Origin: an uncultured beta proteobacterium
GTDB taxonomy: Bacteria > Pseudomonadota > Gammaproteobacteria > Burkholderiales > SHXO01
Assembly (NCBI GenBank): GCA_963772865.1
Contig: CAVYZA010000023.1
Location: forward strand, 18,664-82,663
Direction of reading: 5' to 3'
Length of the DNA stretch: 64,000 nucleotides
Shown one piece after another: positions 1-12,002 of the stretch. The notes beneath the pieces were generated by a model. It was given only the letters and a program-made list of their open reading frames with translations, did not search any database and was not told where the DNA came from. Every line of letters begins with the position of its first letter. The stretch's first letter is position 1. A program made the position numbers and the translations under genes.

Positions 1-930
1 CCATGGGATTGTCCACGGTGATGAGGGCGAGCGCACCGACCGCGTTGCCCTGCGTCTTGACCTTCTGGAACTCGGAGATCTTCTCTTCCAGCGGACAGCC
101 GGCCAGCGGCACGCCGAACACGGTCTTCTTGAACGGTGCCGGCGCACCGTCGGCCGGAGCCTTGTCCTTCAGGCCGTGCGAGCAGGAGTCGCGGCCCTGC
201 TCATGGCACCAGATGCAGTAGTTGGCCTGGTCCAAAGCGCCGACGAGGTCGGTGCCGGCGTCGGTGAGCTTGAAGCCTTCGCGCCGGCGCAGGTGCCCCA
301 GGGTGTAGCTGCGGAAGCCGGCGGCATCGTCGCTCTGCAGCGGCAACGAGGTGGAAGTAGTCGAGCTTGCCGGGGGCCTTGAACAGGATCCCGCTGCGAT
401 GCCGCTCGCGGCCGGCCGGCGTGTGCGCGGCCCACGCGGCGTAGCGCGCGGCGAGCTCCAGGGACTGGGCATGCTGCGCTTCGTCCTGCTGCCACTGCGT
501 CACCAGCTGCGCGAATCCCAGCTCCGAGAAGGTGCCGCCCATTTGCGCGCGCCAGCTGCGCTTCCAGCGCGGGACCATCGACTTGCGCGGCCTCGGCCGG
601 CTTGATTCGATTCATGGCGCGCCGCTGCACGAACAGCCGCTTCACGCTGTACAGCGGAGCCAGCTCATGATGGCGCGCGGCCAGCGCGGTCACTTCCGCG
701 CGAATGCCGAACAGCTCGGCGACGAAGTCCTCCAGATGCGGCGCGACTGCGATCAGCAGATCGGAATGCGCGCGCGCGTCGAGCGCAGCGGGATCAGTGC
801 GGGCACCCACAAGGCGGGCGGCGAGATCGGGGTCGGCTGCGCGCAGGTGATCGAGGAACAGACCGTCCAGCCGGATCAGGCCGTCGCGGTGGTAGAGATC
901 GGGGAACGTGAGGCCGTGAGCAAGGTGCAT
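1..930 (-). CDS. conserved oxidoreductase-like protein, N-terminal part (3' end outside window; apparent frameshift near 570)
   Basis: ORF 169..930 opens MHLAHGLTFPDLYHRDGLIRLD. It continues in another frame (ORF 201..578) and then to the window edge (revcomp of 1..120 reads FGVPLAGCPLEEKISEFQKVKTQGNAVGALALITVDNPM). The family is recalled only vaguely, so the product is tentative. Confidence 0.45.
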
Positions 931-1190
931 CTCATCGGAGATGGGGGTGTGGAATCATGGACGCAAGCAGCGACTGCATCGCTGCGGAAGCGGCAAAAAC
1001 GACAAAGTATAGCAGCCGGCCGAGTCGACTGGCAAGCTGCCCGCCGTACCCGCTCTGGCCCGTGGCGCCAGCTCGCGGTCTTGCGCGGCCTGCATCGCCA
1101 GCCGATAGCTCCGGCTGCTGCATCAGCCGTCGCGTCTGTATGCTTGTTCGTCTGCGCGGTCCTGCTGCGGCCTCTCGCGCCTCTGCAGGT

Positions 1191-2227
1191 TCAGGCGGCC
1201 GTGAGCCGAGCTGCAGGCCTAGGCGGCAGCCGCCGAACGCAATCGCGCACCAGCCGCGGCCCGGCGTACACCAGCCCGGTATAGAGCTGAACCAGGCTGG
1301 CGCCGGCCGCCAGCTTCTGCGCGGCGTCCTCGGCCCGCATGATGCCGCCGACGCGCGATGATCGGGATGCGGCCCTTGAGCTGTCGCGGCCAGCTGCCGC
1401 ACCACCTGGGTCGAGCGCGCCGCCAGCGGCGCGCCGCTCAGCCCGCCGGTTTCCTCGGCGTGGGCAAGCCCCTCTACGCCCTCTCGGGAGACGGTCGTAT
1501 TGGTTGCGACCACCGCATCGATGCGGTGCGCGAGCAGCAGCTCCGCAATCGAGTGCAGCTGCTCGGCGGTCAGATCGGGCGCGATCTTGAGCGCCATGGG
1601 CACGTAGCGGCCATGCTCGTCGGCGAGCTTCGCCTGCTCGGCCTTGAGCGCCGCGAGCAGGCGGTCGAGCTCGTCGGCCTCCTGCAGCCGGCGCAGGTTC
1701 TTGGTGTTCGGCGAGGAGATGTTGATGGTCAGGTAGCTCGCCAGCGGATACACCTTGCGCATGCAGGTGAGGTAGTCGGAGGCCGCGCGCTCGATCGGCG
1801 TGTCGAAGTTCTTGCCGATGTTGATGCCGAGGATGCCGCGATAGCGCGGCGGCCTGGACGTTGCGCACCAGCCGGTCCACGCCCAGGTTGTTGAAGCCCA
1901 TTCGATTGATCACCGCCTGGGCCTGGGGCAGGCGGAACATGCGCGGACGCGGATTGCCGGGTTGCGGCCGGGGCGTGACCGTGCCCGACCTCCAGGAAGC
2001 CGAAGCCCAGGCGAGCCAGCGCATCGATGTGCTCGCCGTTCTTGTCCAGGCCGGCGGCCAGCCCGATGCGATTGGGGAACGTGAGCCCCATCAGCTGCAC
2101 CGGCGCCGCGTCCGGCGCGCGGCCCGGCAAGCAGCGGCGCGCACGCGTCGAGCAGGGCGAAGGTGACGCGGTGGGCGGTCTCCGGGTCGAGCCGGAACAG
2201 CGCCGCCCGCGCCAGCTCCCAGATCAT
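1191..2227 (-). CDS. pyrD: dihydroorotate dehydrogenase (quinone), read through several frame changes
   Basis: Pieces lie in three minus frames: [23 protein letters not shown] (ATG 2227), [81 protein letters not shown]. The start overlaps the upstream stop (ATGA). Confidence 0.85.
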
Positions 2228-3009
2228 TCCGGATCTCGGAACTGCGGCTCCCGGCGCTCGAGATAGGCTTTCAGCCCCTCCACCGCATCGTCCTGCGCCA
2301 GCGCCTGCTGCAGGTCGGGCAGCATGCGGGCGAACGCCGCCCGTTCCCCGGCCTGCCGAGCCAGCCGTGCCGAGGCCAGGGTGGCGCGCACCCCGACCGG
2401 CGATTGGCGCGCGACGGTCTGCGCGAGCGCGAGCGCCCGGTCGAGCTGCTGGCCGTGCGGCACCACCTCCTGGACCAGCCCCCAGCGCAGCGCGTCGGCG
2501 GCGGAGAACTCGTCGCCGGTGAGCAGGATGCGCATGGCATTGCCCCAGCCCAGCTCCTGCACCAGGCGCACGGTGGCACCGCCGACCGGGTAGATGCCGC
2601 GCTTGACCTCGATCTGCGCGAAGCGCGTGGAGTCGGCGGCGACGCGCAGGTCGGCCGCGAGCAGCAGCTCGATGCCGATGGTCAGGCACCAGCCCTGCAC
2701 CGCGATGACCACCGGCTTGGCGAGCTGCGTTTCGCGCTGCAGCGGGTCGGCCGCGCCTTGCGGAAGGGGCGGCATGCGGCCGTCGCGGAAGAACGGCAGC
2801 CACTGCGGCAGCTCGAGGCCGCCGGTGAAGTGCTCGCCGTGGGCGTGCAGCACCGCGCAGCGCAGACGCGGGTCGCGCTCGTACTCGCCGAGCGCCAGGC
2901 CCAGCTCGCTGTACAGCGCGAGATCGAACGCATTGCGCTTGGCCGGCCGGTTCAGGCCGATGAGGACGACGTGGCCGCGCGTCTCGACCGTGACGCGCTC
3001 AGATGACAC
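2224..3009 (-). CDS. enoyl-CoA hydratase/isomerase (crotonase) family protein
   Basis: C-terminal 261 aa of ORF 2224..3618: [70 protein letters not shown] at 3009 gives [12 protein letters not shown]. Confidence 0.8.
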   Translation of the reverse strand: MSSERVTVETRGHVVLIGLNRPAKRNAFDLALYSELGLALGEYERDPRLRCAVLHAHGEHFTGGLELPQWLPFFRDGRMPPLPQGAADPLQRETQLAKPVVIAVQGWCLTIGIELLLAADLRVAADSTRFAQIEVKRGIYPVGGATVRLVQELGWGNAMRILLTGDEFSAADALRWGLVQEVVPHGQQLDRALALAQTVARQSPVGVRATLASARLARQAGERAAFARMLPDLQQALAQDDAVEGLKAYLERREPQFRDPE

Positions 3010-3812
3010 AGCGAGAACCAGCAGCTGTCGGAGCGCCGGGCCAGCGGTGGTCCGGCCTCGTGTTTCGGGAGGGCTGGCGCAGCCGGCAGAGGGCAGCCGC
3101 TCCCAGTGACCGTTGACCAGGCCCTCGATGGGCTGGAAGTTGATCTTGTAGGCCATCTTGCGGCTCTGCGCGATCCAGTAGCCCAGGTACAGATAGGGCA
3201 GCCGCAGGCTGCGGCACAGCTGCAGCTGCCACAGGACGTTGTAGGTGCCCAGGCCGCCGCCCGGATGCTCCGGGTCGAAGAACGTGTACACCGAGGACAG
3301 CCCGTCCTCCAGGCGGTCGATGATGCTCACCATCACCAGGCGGCCCTCCTTGCGGAACTCCACCAGGCTGGAGTTGACATTGCTCTGCAGCAGGAAGTGC
3401 CGGTACTGCTCGCGGCTGTCGTGATCCATGCCGCCGCCGGAATGGCGGGTCGACTGGTAGCGCAGGTACAGCGCGTAGTGCTCCGGGTTGTAGCGCAGGT
3501 CGAGCAGGCGCGCGTCGAGGTGGGCGTGGCGTTTCAGCGCCCGCCGCTGCGAGCGGGTCGGCTCGAAAGCCAGTCGGTGAGGATGCGCACCGGCACGCAG
3601 GCGCGGCAGCTGTCGCAATAGGGGCGGTAGGTGAACGCGCCGCTGCGGCGGAACCCGGCCCGCACCAGCTGGCTGTAGACCTGCGTGTCGATGGCGTGAC
3701 TCGGCGTGGCGACCTGCGAGCGCGCCAGCTTGTCGGGCAGGTAGCTGCAGGGGTAGGGCGCGGTCGCGTAGAACTGCAGTACCGAGAACGGGAGATCGTT
3801 GAGCTGGGTCAC
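2999..3812 (-). CDS. bpt: arginyl/aspartyl-tRNA--protein transferase (Bpt), frameshifted; 3' end uncertain
   Basis: ORF 3534..3812 reads [49 protein letters not shown]. It continues in the frame of ORF 2224..3618 ([56 protein letters not shown]). That frame has no stop before the hydratase gene. TGA at 2999 in a third frame is a candidate end. Confidence 0.75.
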
Positions 3813-4525
3813 GGCCTCGTGTTCTTGAGCGCGTCGATGGGGGTCAGCTGCCAGGGCGCCGGAATATCCGGGTAGTTTACCAACTCTGCCAGCCGGCGCG
3901 CGAACTGGCTGCGCGCGATCTCGCGGGCCCCGAACGAGGCCAGCAGGGGGGTGCGCATCTGGCAGTCGATGAGGCCGAATTCCCAGCGCTCGAGCTGAGG
4001 GACCAGGTGAGCCAGCGCCACCTTGGAGGCGTCGCTCACGCGCGAGAACATCGACTCGCCGAAGAACACGCGCCCGATCGCCACGCCGTAGAGCCCGCCC
4101 ACCAGGCGGCCGTCCTGCCAGGTCTCCACCGAGTGGGCGCGGCCCTGCCGGTGCAGAGCGCAGTAGGCCTGCTGCATCTGCGGCGGTGATCCAGGTGCCG
4201 GGTTGTCCCGTCGCGCGGCTCGCTGCAACCCTCGATCACCTGGTCGAAGGCGGTGTCGGCGGTGATCGTGAAGGTGCCCTTGCGCAGCGTCTTTGCCAGC
4301 GAGCGCGAGATCTTGAGCTCGCTCGGGAAACAGCACCATGCGTGGATCGGGGCTCCACCACAGGATCGGCTCGCCCGCGCTGTACCAGGGGAAGATGCCG
4401 CGCCGGTAGGCGCGGGTCAGGCGCTCCGGAGAGAGGTCGCCGCCCGCCGCCAGCAGCCCGTTGGGCCGGCGCAGGGCCTGCTCCAGGGGCGGGAAGTCGG
4501 CGTCGCCTTCGAGCCAGGGGATCAA
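3809..4525 (-). CDS. aat: leucyl/phenylalanyl-tRNA--protein transferase, two internal frame changes
   Basis: [81 protein letters not shown]. The middle segment sits in another frame (ORF 4036..4239, IEGCSEPR). A TTG at 4525 is proposed as the start. Confidence 0.8.
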   Translation of the reverse strand: MIPWLEGDADFPPLEQALRRPNGLLAAGGDLSPERLTRAYRRGIFPWYSAGEPILWWSPDPRMVLFPERAQDLALAGKDAAQGHLHDHRRHRLRPGDRGLQRAARRDNPAPGSPPQMQQAYCALHRQGRAHSVETWQDGRLVGGLYGVAIGRVFFGESMFSRVSDASKVALAHLVPQLERWEFGLIDCQMRTPLLASFGAREIARSQFARRLAELVNYPDIPAPWQLTPIDALKNTRP

Positions 4526-4548
4526 CGATGAGGCTGAGGTCGGGGCTA

Positions 4549-4684
4549 AGCCGCAAAGACGCAAAGGCGCAAAGGAGTCGCGAAGTAACCCAGCGTCGAC
4601 CTCTTCAGCGCACCCCCAGCTGGCAACACATGCTCGCCTCCGGGTCTGCTTTGCGTGCTCGTGCGTCTTCACGCCTTACGGTCC
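4549..4684. repeat. GCAAAG-type inverted-repeat intergenic element, copy 1 (right arm degenerate)
   Basis: Left arm AGCCGCAAAGACGCAAAGGCGCAAAGGAGTCGCGAAG. Right arm CTGCTTTGCGTGCTCGTGCGTCTTCACGCCTTACGGTCC. Same family as 11791, 23095 and 26446. Confidence 0.6.
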
Positions 4685-4707
4685 TCACGGCGTAGGCGCC
4701 TGAAGAA

Positions 4708-5239
4708 TCAGAACCACTTGTCCGGGCTCTTGCTGATCAGGCCGCACGCGAGGCGGGCGCCGGAGCCGCCGGTGGGCTGGGTGGTGAGATCGTCGGCCTT
4801 CTCGTGCACGATGACGGCGCGGCCGATGATGCTGTCGTCGCCGGTGCCGAGGCTGATGCCGGTGACTTCGGCCTTGTAGTTGGCCACGCCGTTGGCGTCG
4901 GCTTCCAGGTTGCCGAGATCGCCGGCGTGGCGCGGGCTGTGGCCCGGGCCGCCGTGCGGCGCGCCGGCCGGGTTGAAGTGCCCGCCGGCGCTGGAGCCGT
5001 CCGCCGCGGTGCAGTTGCCTTTCTCGTGGACGTGGAAGCCATGCGCGCCGGGCGTGAGGCCGGTGACCTTGGCCACGACCACCACCGTGTTGCCCTCTCT
5101 GCGTGAAGTCGACCGTGCCGCTCACCTTGTTGCCCTTGGTCGGCACCAGCACTGCCGTCGCGGCGGGCGAGCGCATGCTCATGCTGGAACAGGCGCTCAA
5201 CAGCGCGCTGGCCACGAGCAAGACAATCGTTCTATTCAT
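4708..5239 (-). CDS. sodC: periplasmic Cu,Zn superoxide dismutase (one frameshift near 5095)
   Basis: Signal/lipobox MNRTIVLLVASALLSACS and KVSGTVDF lie in one frame. GFHVHEKGNC, GGHFNP, HAGDLGNL, VIVHEKADD, GGSGARLACG are in ORF 4708..5085. Confidence 0.85.
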
Positions 5240-5369
5240 TTGGTATTTCCCCCGGGGGTAGAGCGCGCCAGTCGGCAGGCCGCACGTCGAACTGCAAGCG
5301 GCATGTTTTAGCATCCACCTCTACCAGTGTCAAACCGGCGGCCCTTCCTTGATCGCGCGCAGGGAGGGT

Positions 5370-6603
5370 ATGCTGCCGGCCAACGCCAAACCCGCGGCCT
5401 CCTCGAGAATCACGTTGCGCCATCCCGCGAAACTGCCCTCTCCGCAGGAGCTGGAGCAGGCTTTCTCGCTGTTCAACGAAGCCTCCGCGCAGCTCGCGTC
5501 CGCCTACCAGGATCTGCAGGATCAGGTGGTCCGGCTGACCACCGAGCTGGCAGTGGCCAATGGCGAGCTGCGCACCCAGTACGAGGAGAAGGAGGCGCTG
5601 TCACGGCGCCTGGGGCTGTTGCTCGATGCGCTGCCCGGGGGCGTGGTCGTGCTCGATGCCGCCGGGCCGTGTGCTCGAAGGCAACCCGGCGGCCCTCGAG
5701 CTGCTGGGCGGCCGACAGCGTGGGCCGCCTCTGGAGCGAGATCGAGGCGCAGCGGCTGGCCGCGACCGCGACTCCCCAGGAGTGGCAGCTGCGCGATGCC
5801 GACGGCAACGCGCAGGAGCGCTGGGTCAGCATCGGCACGAGCCCGCTCGATCCGGCCGGCGGGCGTATTCTGCTGATCTCCGACATCACCGAAGCGCGCC
5901 GGCTGCGCGAGCAGCTCGAGCGCCACAAGCGGCTGTCCGCGATGGGCGAGATGGCCGCCGGGCTCGCGCATCAGCTGCGCACGCCGCTCGCCACGGCGCT
6001 GCTGTACACCGGCAACCTGGCGCGTCCGGCGCTGCCCGGACGTGGACCGCCTGCGCTTTGCGGAGAAGGCGCAGACCCGTCTGCGCGACCTGGAGCGCAT
6101 GATCCAGGACATGCTCACCTTCGTGCGCGGCGTGCCCGGCGGCGCACGATCTGATCCAGCTGCCGGAGCTGCTGCACGAGCTGGCGCAGGTGATGGAGCC
6201 GCAGATGGCGAGCCGCGGGGTGCACTTCGACTGTGCGCGCGGGCTGCGGGGACGTGGCGCTGCGCGGAAACCGCAAAGCGCTCGCCGGGGCCTTCGTGAA
6301 CCTGCTGGAGAATGCCCTGCAGGCATGCAGTCCCGGCGGCGAGGTGCGCCTGGAGGCGCACACCGAGGGCGGCCTGGCGTGGGTGTGCGTGGCCGACAGC
6401 GGCGCGGGCATGCCGGCGGAGGTGCAGGAACGCCTGTTCGAGCCCTTCTTCACCACGCGCACCGAGGGCACCGGGCTGGGGCTGGCGATCGTGCGCAGCG
6501 TGGTCGCCGCGCACGGCGGCGAGGTGCGGGTCGAATCGGCGCCCGGGCATGGCGCGGCGTTCAAGGTCAGCCTGCCGCTGGCAGGCACGCAGGAGAGATC
6601 GGG

Positions 6604-6607
<4 letters not shown>
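5370..6607 (+). CDS. fleS: flagellar two-component sensor histidine kinase (FleS/FlrB-like), several frame changes
   Basis: SD GGGAGGG precedes ATG 5370. A coiled-coil/PAS-like N-terminus is followed by an H-box ([20 protein letters not shown]), an N-box (NLLENALQA), and [23 protein letters not shown]. The pieces are spread over three frames. The stop overlaps the fleR start. Confidence 0.7.
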
Positions 6608-8005
<1,398 letters not shown>

Positions 8006-8036
8006 CCCCGGACCAGGATGACCGGGCCCACTTCAG

Positions 8037-8052
8037 TGGCATGGGAGTTGCA
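8037..8052 (+). promoter_or_regulatory. candidate sigma-54 (-24/-12) promoter for fliE
   Basis: TGGCAT-GGGAG-TTGCA fits TGGCAC-N5-TTGCW. It lies 34 nt upstream of the fliE ATG and directly downstream of a sigma-54 activator gene. Confidence 0.55.
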
Positions 8053-8085
8053 GCTTGACCCGCGCGTAATGCATCCGCTCTCGGA

Positions 8086-8413
8086 ATGACCCAAGTGAAC
8101 ACTCAGGGCATCGACCAACTGCTGCAGGAGCTCAACAGCCTGTCCGCGCGTGCCGCGGGCCAGCAGGAGCCTGCTGCCGCGGACGGTGCACCCGAGTTCG
8201 GCGCAGCGCTGAAGGCAGCGCTGGAGCAGGCCAACGACGCGCAGCAGGAGGCCGATCCGGCTGCAGCGCGAGTTCGACCTCAACGCCCCCAACGTCAACC
8301 TGCACGAAGTCATGGTGTCCCTGCAGAAGGCGAGCCTGTCGTTCCAGACCATGGTCCAGGTGCGCAACCGGCTGGTCTCCGCCTATCAGGAAATCATGAA
8401 CATGCAGGTGTGA
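8086..8413 (+). CDS. fliE: flagellar hook-basal body complex protein FliE (one frameshift)
   Basis: N-terminus [31 protein letters not shown]-terminus in another frame: [37 protein letters not shown]. Confidence 0.8.
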
Positions 8414-8490
8414 AGGGTTCCTCGAGCCGGCATGCATCCGCACCGCGACCCGCCTAGCACGATGCCCGCCGCGTTCCACCGGCAGCATTG

Positions 8491-10162
8491 ATGGCCCAGG
8501 CTCCCGGTCAAGCCACCCCGTCCTTCCGGTCAAGGCATAGGCGCCCTCGCGCGGGGCTTCGGCGCCCTCGGTAACGCCCAGAAAGTCGGTTTGGCTGTGG
8601 CCCTGGCCGCCGCCATCGCGCTCGTCGTGGTGGCCTTCCTGTGGGCGCGCACGGCCGAGTACCGGGTTCTCTACTCCAACCTGTCCGACCGCGACGGCGG
8701 CGAGGTCATCGCGGCGCTCGCGCAGCAGAACGTTCCGTATCGCGTCGCCGAGGGCGGCAGCGTGATCCTGGTGCCCAGGCGACCGCGTCTACGAGCTGCG
8801 CCTGCAGCTGGCCGCGCAGGGTCTGCCCAAAGGCGGTGCGGTCGGCTTCGAGCTGATGGACACGCAGAAGTTCGGCATGAGCCAGTTCGCCGAGCAGGTC
8901 AACTACCAGCGCGCGCTGGCCGGTGAGCTGTCGCGCACGGTCCAGTCGATCGCGCGCAGTGCAGGGTGCGCGCGTGCATCTGGCGATTCCGCGCCCCACC
9001 GTGTTCGTGCGCGATCGGCAGCGTCCCAGCGCCTCGGTGCTGGTGAGCCTGTATCCCGGCCGCATGCTGGACGCCGGCCAGGTCAGCGCGATCCAGCATC
9101 TGGTCGCCAGCAGCGTGCCGGAGCTGGAAGCGCGCGACGTGACCGTGGTGGACCAGGCCGGCAATCTGCTGTCCGGAAGCGAAGTCGCCGCGCCCGGCAC
9201 CGGCGGCCTGGACTCCTCGCAGCTCAAGTATCTGCACGCCGTCGAAGCGAGCTACGCCGCGCGCATCGAGAACATCCTGAAGCCGATTGTCGGCGCGGAC
9301 AACGTGCGCGCCCAGGTCGCCGCCGCGCTCGATTTCAATCAGGTCGAGCAGACCTCCGAAACCTTCAAGCCCAACCCTGCGCCGCAGGAAGCGTCGATCC
9401 GCAGCCAGCAGACGGTGGAAACGGTGACCGTCAACCCGCAGGGCCCCAGCGGCGTGCCCGGCGCGCTCTCCAATCAGCCGCCCGGGGCGGCCACGGCGCC
9501 GCTGACTGCGCCCGCCGCGCAGGCGCAGCGGCAGGCGGCGAGCCAACCGCCGCAGCCGACCAACACGCACCGCGAGAACATCGTCAACTACGAAGTCGAC
9601 AAGACCATCCGCCACACCAAGGCGGAAGTGGGCGCCGTCAAGCGCTTGTCGGCGGCAGTCGTGGTCAACTATCGGCGCGCGGCCGGATGCCGGCGGCAAA
9701 CCCACCTACACAGCCGCTCAGCGAGCAGGAGCTCGCGCAGATCAACACGCTGGCGCGCGAGGCGATGGGATTCAGCCAGGAGCGCAAGGACACGCTCAAC
9801 GTGGTCAACGCGCCGTTCAGTGCCGAAGCTGACCGTTGCAGGCGTGGAAGCGCCGGACGAATGGAGCGTGGCGGTGCGCCGCTGGTCCTCGCCCGCCGGG
9901 GTCGGCAGTCTGGTGATGTACGGGGGTGCCGGGCTGGCGCTGCTGATCGCGCTGCTGCTGGTCCGCTCCGCAGTGCGCGACCTCACGCGCGCCGGACAGA
10001 GGCCGGGCGCCGGCGCCGATCGAGCCGCAGCTCGGCGGCGCGGCCGCCTACAGTGCAGCGCCGGAGCCGGGCTATGACGCCGACCTGCGGGCCGTCAAGG
10101 ATCTGGCCCGGCAGGAGCCGCGGGTGGTCGCCAACGTCGTGAAGGACTGGGTGGGGCAGTGA
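8491..10162 (+). CDS. fliF: flagellar M-ring protein FliF (multiple frame changes)
   Basis: LWARTAEYRVLYSNLSDRDGGEVIAALAQQNVPYR, QFAEQVNYQRALAGELSRTV, ARVHLAIPRPTVFVRD, NIVNYEVDKTIRHTK, RLSAAVVVNY, and the end DLARQEPRVVANVVKDWVGQ. The exact start is uncertain. Confidence 0.8.
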
Positions 10163-10163
10163 G

Positions 10164-11162
10164 TTGAGCGAGGACGGCATCCAGCGCAGCGCAATCCTGC
10201 TGATGTCCCTGGGCGAGGAAGAGGCGGTGGAGGTGTTCAAGTGCCTCGGGCCCCGGGAGGTGCAGAAGCTCGGCCCCGCCATGGCCAAGCTGTCGAACGT
10301 GACGCGCGAGCAGGTGGCCAAGGTCCTGCGCGAGTTCCGGCGCGAGGCCGAGCAGCACGCGACCATCGGCGTGGGCTCGGACCAGTACGTGCGCTCGGTG
10401 CTGACGCGAGCCCTGGGCAGCGACAAGGCCTCCGCGCTGATCGATCGCATCCTGCAAGGTCCGGAGCAGGCCGGCATCGAGAACCTGAAGTGGATGGACG
10501 CGGCCTCGGTGGCGGAGCTGATCAAGGGCGAGCACCCGCAGATCATCGCCACCATTGTCGTGCACCTGGACGCCGACCATGCCAGCGAGATCCTGGCCCA
10601 GCTGCCGGAGCGCTTGCGCAACGACGTCGTCATGCGGATCGCGACGCTGGAGGGCGTGCAGCCGGGCGCTTTGCGCGATTTGAACGAGGTGCTGACCCAG
10701 CTGCTGTCGGGCGCCGACAAGGTGAAGAAGAGCACGCGCGGCGGTGTGGACGCCGCGGCGCAGATCTTGAATCACCTGGGCGGCACGCTGGAAGCCTCGG
10801 TGAGCGCGCATATCCGCGAGATCGATCCGGAGCTGGCCCAGACCATCCAGGACAAGATGTTCGTGTTCGAGAACCTGCTCGATCTGGACGATCGCGCCAT
10901 CCAGCTGCTGCTGCGCGAGATCCAGTCCGAGACGCTGGTGGTCGCGCTCAAGGGCACCAGCGAGCCGCTCAAGGACAAGATCTTCAAGAACATGTCGCAG
11001 CGGGCCGCCGAGATGCTGCGCGACGACCTGGACGCGAAGGGGCCGGTGCGGCTGTCCGAGGTGGAGACCGAGCAGCGCGAGATCCTGCGCATCGTGCGGC
11101 GGCTCGCCGAGGAAGGCCAGATCGCGATGGGCGGAAAGGGCGAGGAAGGCCTTGTCCAGTAA
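10164..11162 (+). CDS. fliG: flagellar motor switch protein FliG
   Basis: Intact 332-aa ORF (TTG start): SAILLMSLGEEEAVEVFK, MDAASVAELIKGEHPQIIATIV, and the MFVFENL motif. Confidence 0.9.
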   Translation: MSEDGIQRSAILLMSLGEEEAVEVFKCLGPREVQKLGPAMAKLSNVTREQVAKVLREFRREAEQHATIGVGSDQYVRSVLTRALGSDKASALIDRILQGPEQAGIENLKWMDAASVAELIKGEHPQIIATIVVHLDADHASEILAQLPERLRNDVVMRIATLEGVQPGALRDLNEVLTQLLSGADKVKKSTRGGVDAAAQILNHLGGTLEASVSAHIREIDPELAQTIQDKMFVFENLLDLDDRAIQLLLREIQSETLVVALKGTSEPLKDKIFKNMSQRAAEMLRDDLDAKGPVRLSEVETEQREILRIVRRLAEEGQIAMGGKGEEGLVQ

Positions 11163-11783
11163 GATCATCCCGAAGGAGGCGCTGACCGAGGTCCGCAAGC
11201 TCGACCTCACCGACCTGGTGACCGGCGCGAAGGCCAGCGCGTCCGGCGAGATCGCCGCCAACGCTGCGGAGCTGGCGCGCGCGCGCGAGCAGGCCTATCG
11301 CGACGGGCTGGCGGCAGGACGTCAGGAGGCGCAGGCGGCGCTGGCCGCCGAGCGCGCGGAGTTGAAAGCGCTGATCGCCGGCGTGAACGAACTGATGCAC
11401 GACTTCGAGCAGACGCTGGCCTGGCGATGTGCTTTCCGTGGGCCTGGAACTCGCCAAGCAGATCGTGCGGACAGTCGCTGCGGGTGAAGCCGGACCTGGT
11501 GCTGGCGGTGGTGCGGGAAGCGATCTCCAGTCTGCCGGGCTTGTCGGAGCAGACCGTGCTGCTGCTCAATCCCGCCGATGCCGCGCTGGTGCGCAGGGGT
11601 CTCGAGGACGATCCGTCGCTGGCGACGTTGCCGTGGAAGATTGTCGAGGACGCGCAGATCGAGCGTGGCGGCTGCCGGCTGGAGACGCCCACCACCGAGG
11701 TGGACGCCGCGCTGGAGACGCGCTGGCGGCGCGTGGTGGCCTCGCTCGGCCGCGACGATTCCTGGATCGACATTACGACCTAG
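11152..11783 (+). CDS. fliH: flagellar assembly protein FliH (two frame changes)
   Basis: Position between fliG and fliI. Ala/Glu-rich coiled N-terminus. C-terminus LLLNPADAALV..GGCRLETPTTEVDAALETRW. Confidence 0.7.
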
Positions 11784-11790
11784 AGCCGAG

Positions 11791-11976
11791 CACCGCAAAG
11801 GCGCAAAGACGCAAAGGGTCCGCAAAGGCTCAAGCCCGCCTCGAGAAGGAACTACGCGGCTGCTACTGCGTCGATCGCAAGCATGCACTGCCGGGCCGCC
11901 GCCGCTTTGATTGATCTTGCGTGATGAACGGCGCCCTTCTTTGCGCATCCTTTGCGCCTTCGCGCCTTTGCGGTTG
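11791..11976. repeat. GCAAAG-type inverted-repeat intergenic element, copy 2 (between fliH and fliI)
   Basis: Left arm CACCGCAAAGGCGCAAAGACGCAAAGGGTCCGCAAAGG. Right arm CTTCTTTGCGCATCCTTTGCGCCTTCGCGCCTTTGCGGTTG. The arms are about 40 bp and mutually reverse-complementary, around a core of about 105 bp. Confidence 0.75.
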
Positions 11977-12002
11977 CACTCACCTTCGGGAGTAACGCAG
12001 GC

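Noticed and set aside
2224-3618. 464-aa ORF that looks like a Bpt-enoyl-CoA hydratase fusion
   Set aside because: The two halves are unrelated families. A GTG at 3009 gives a normal hydratase N-terminus. A TGA at 2999 in another frame looks like the native bpt stop. The read-through is most simply one of the many indels.
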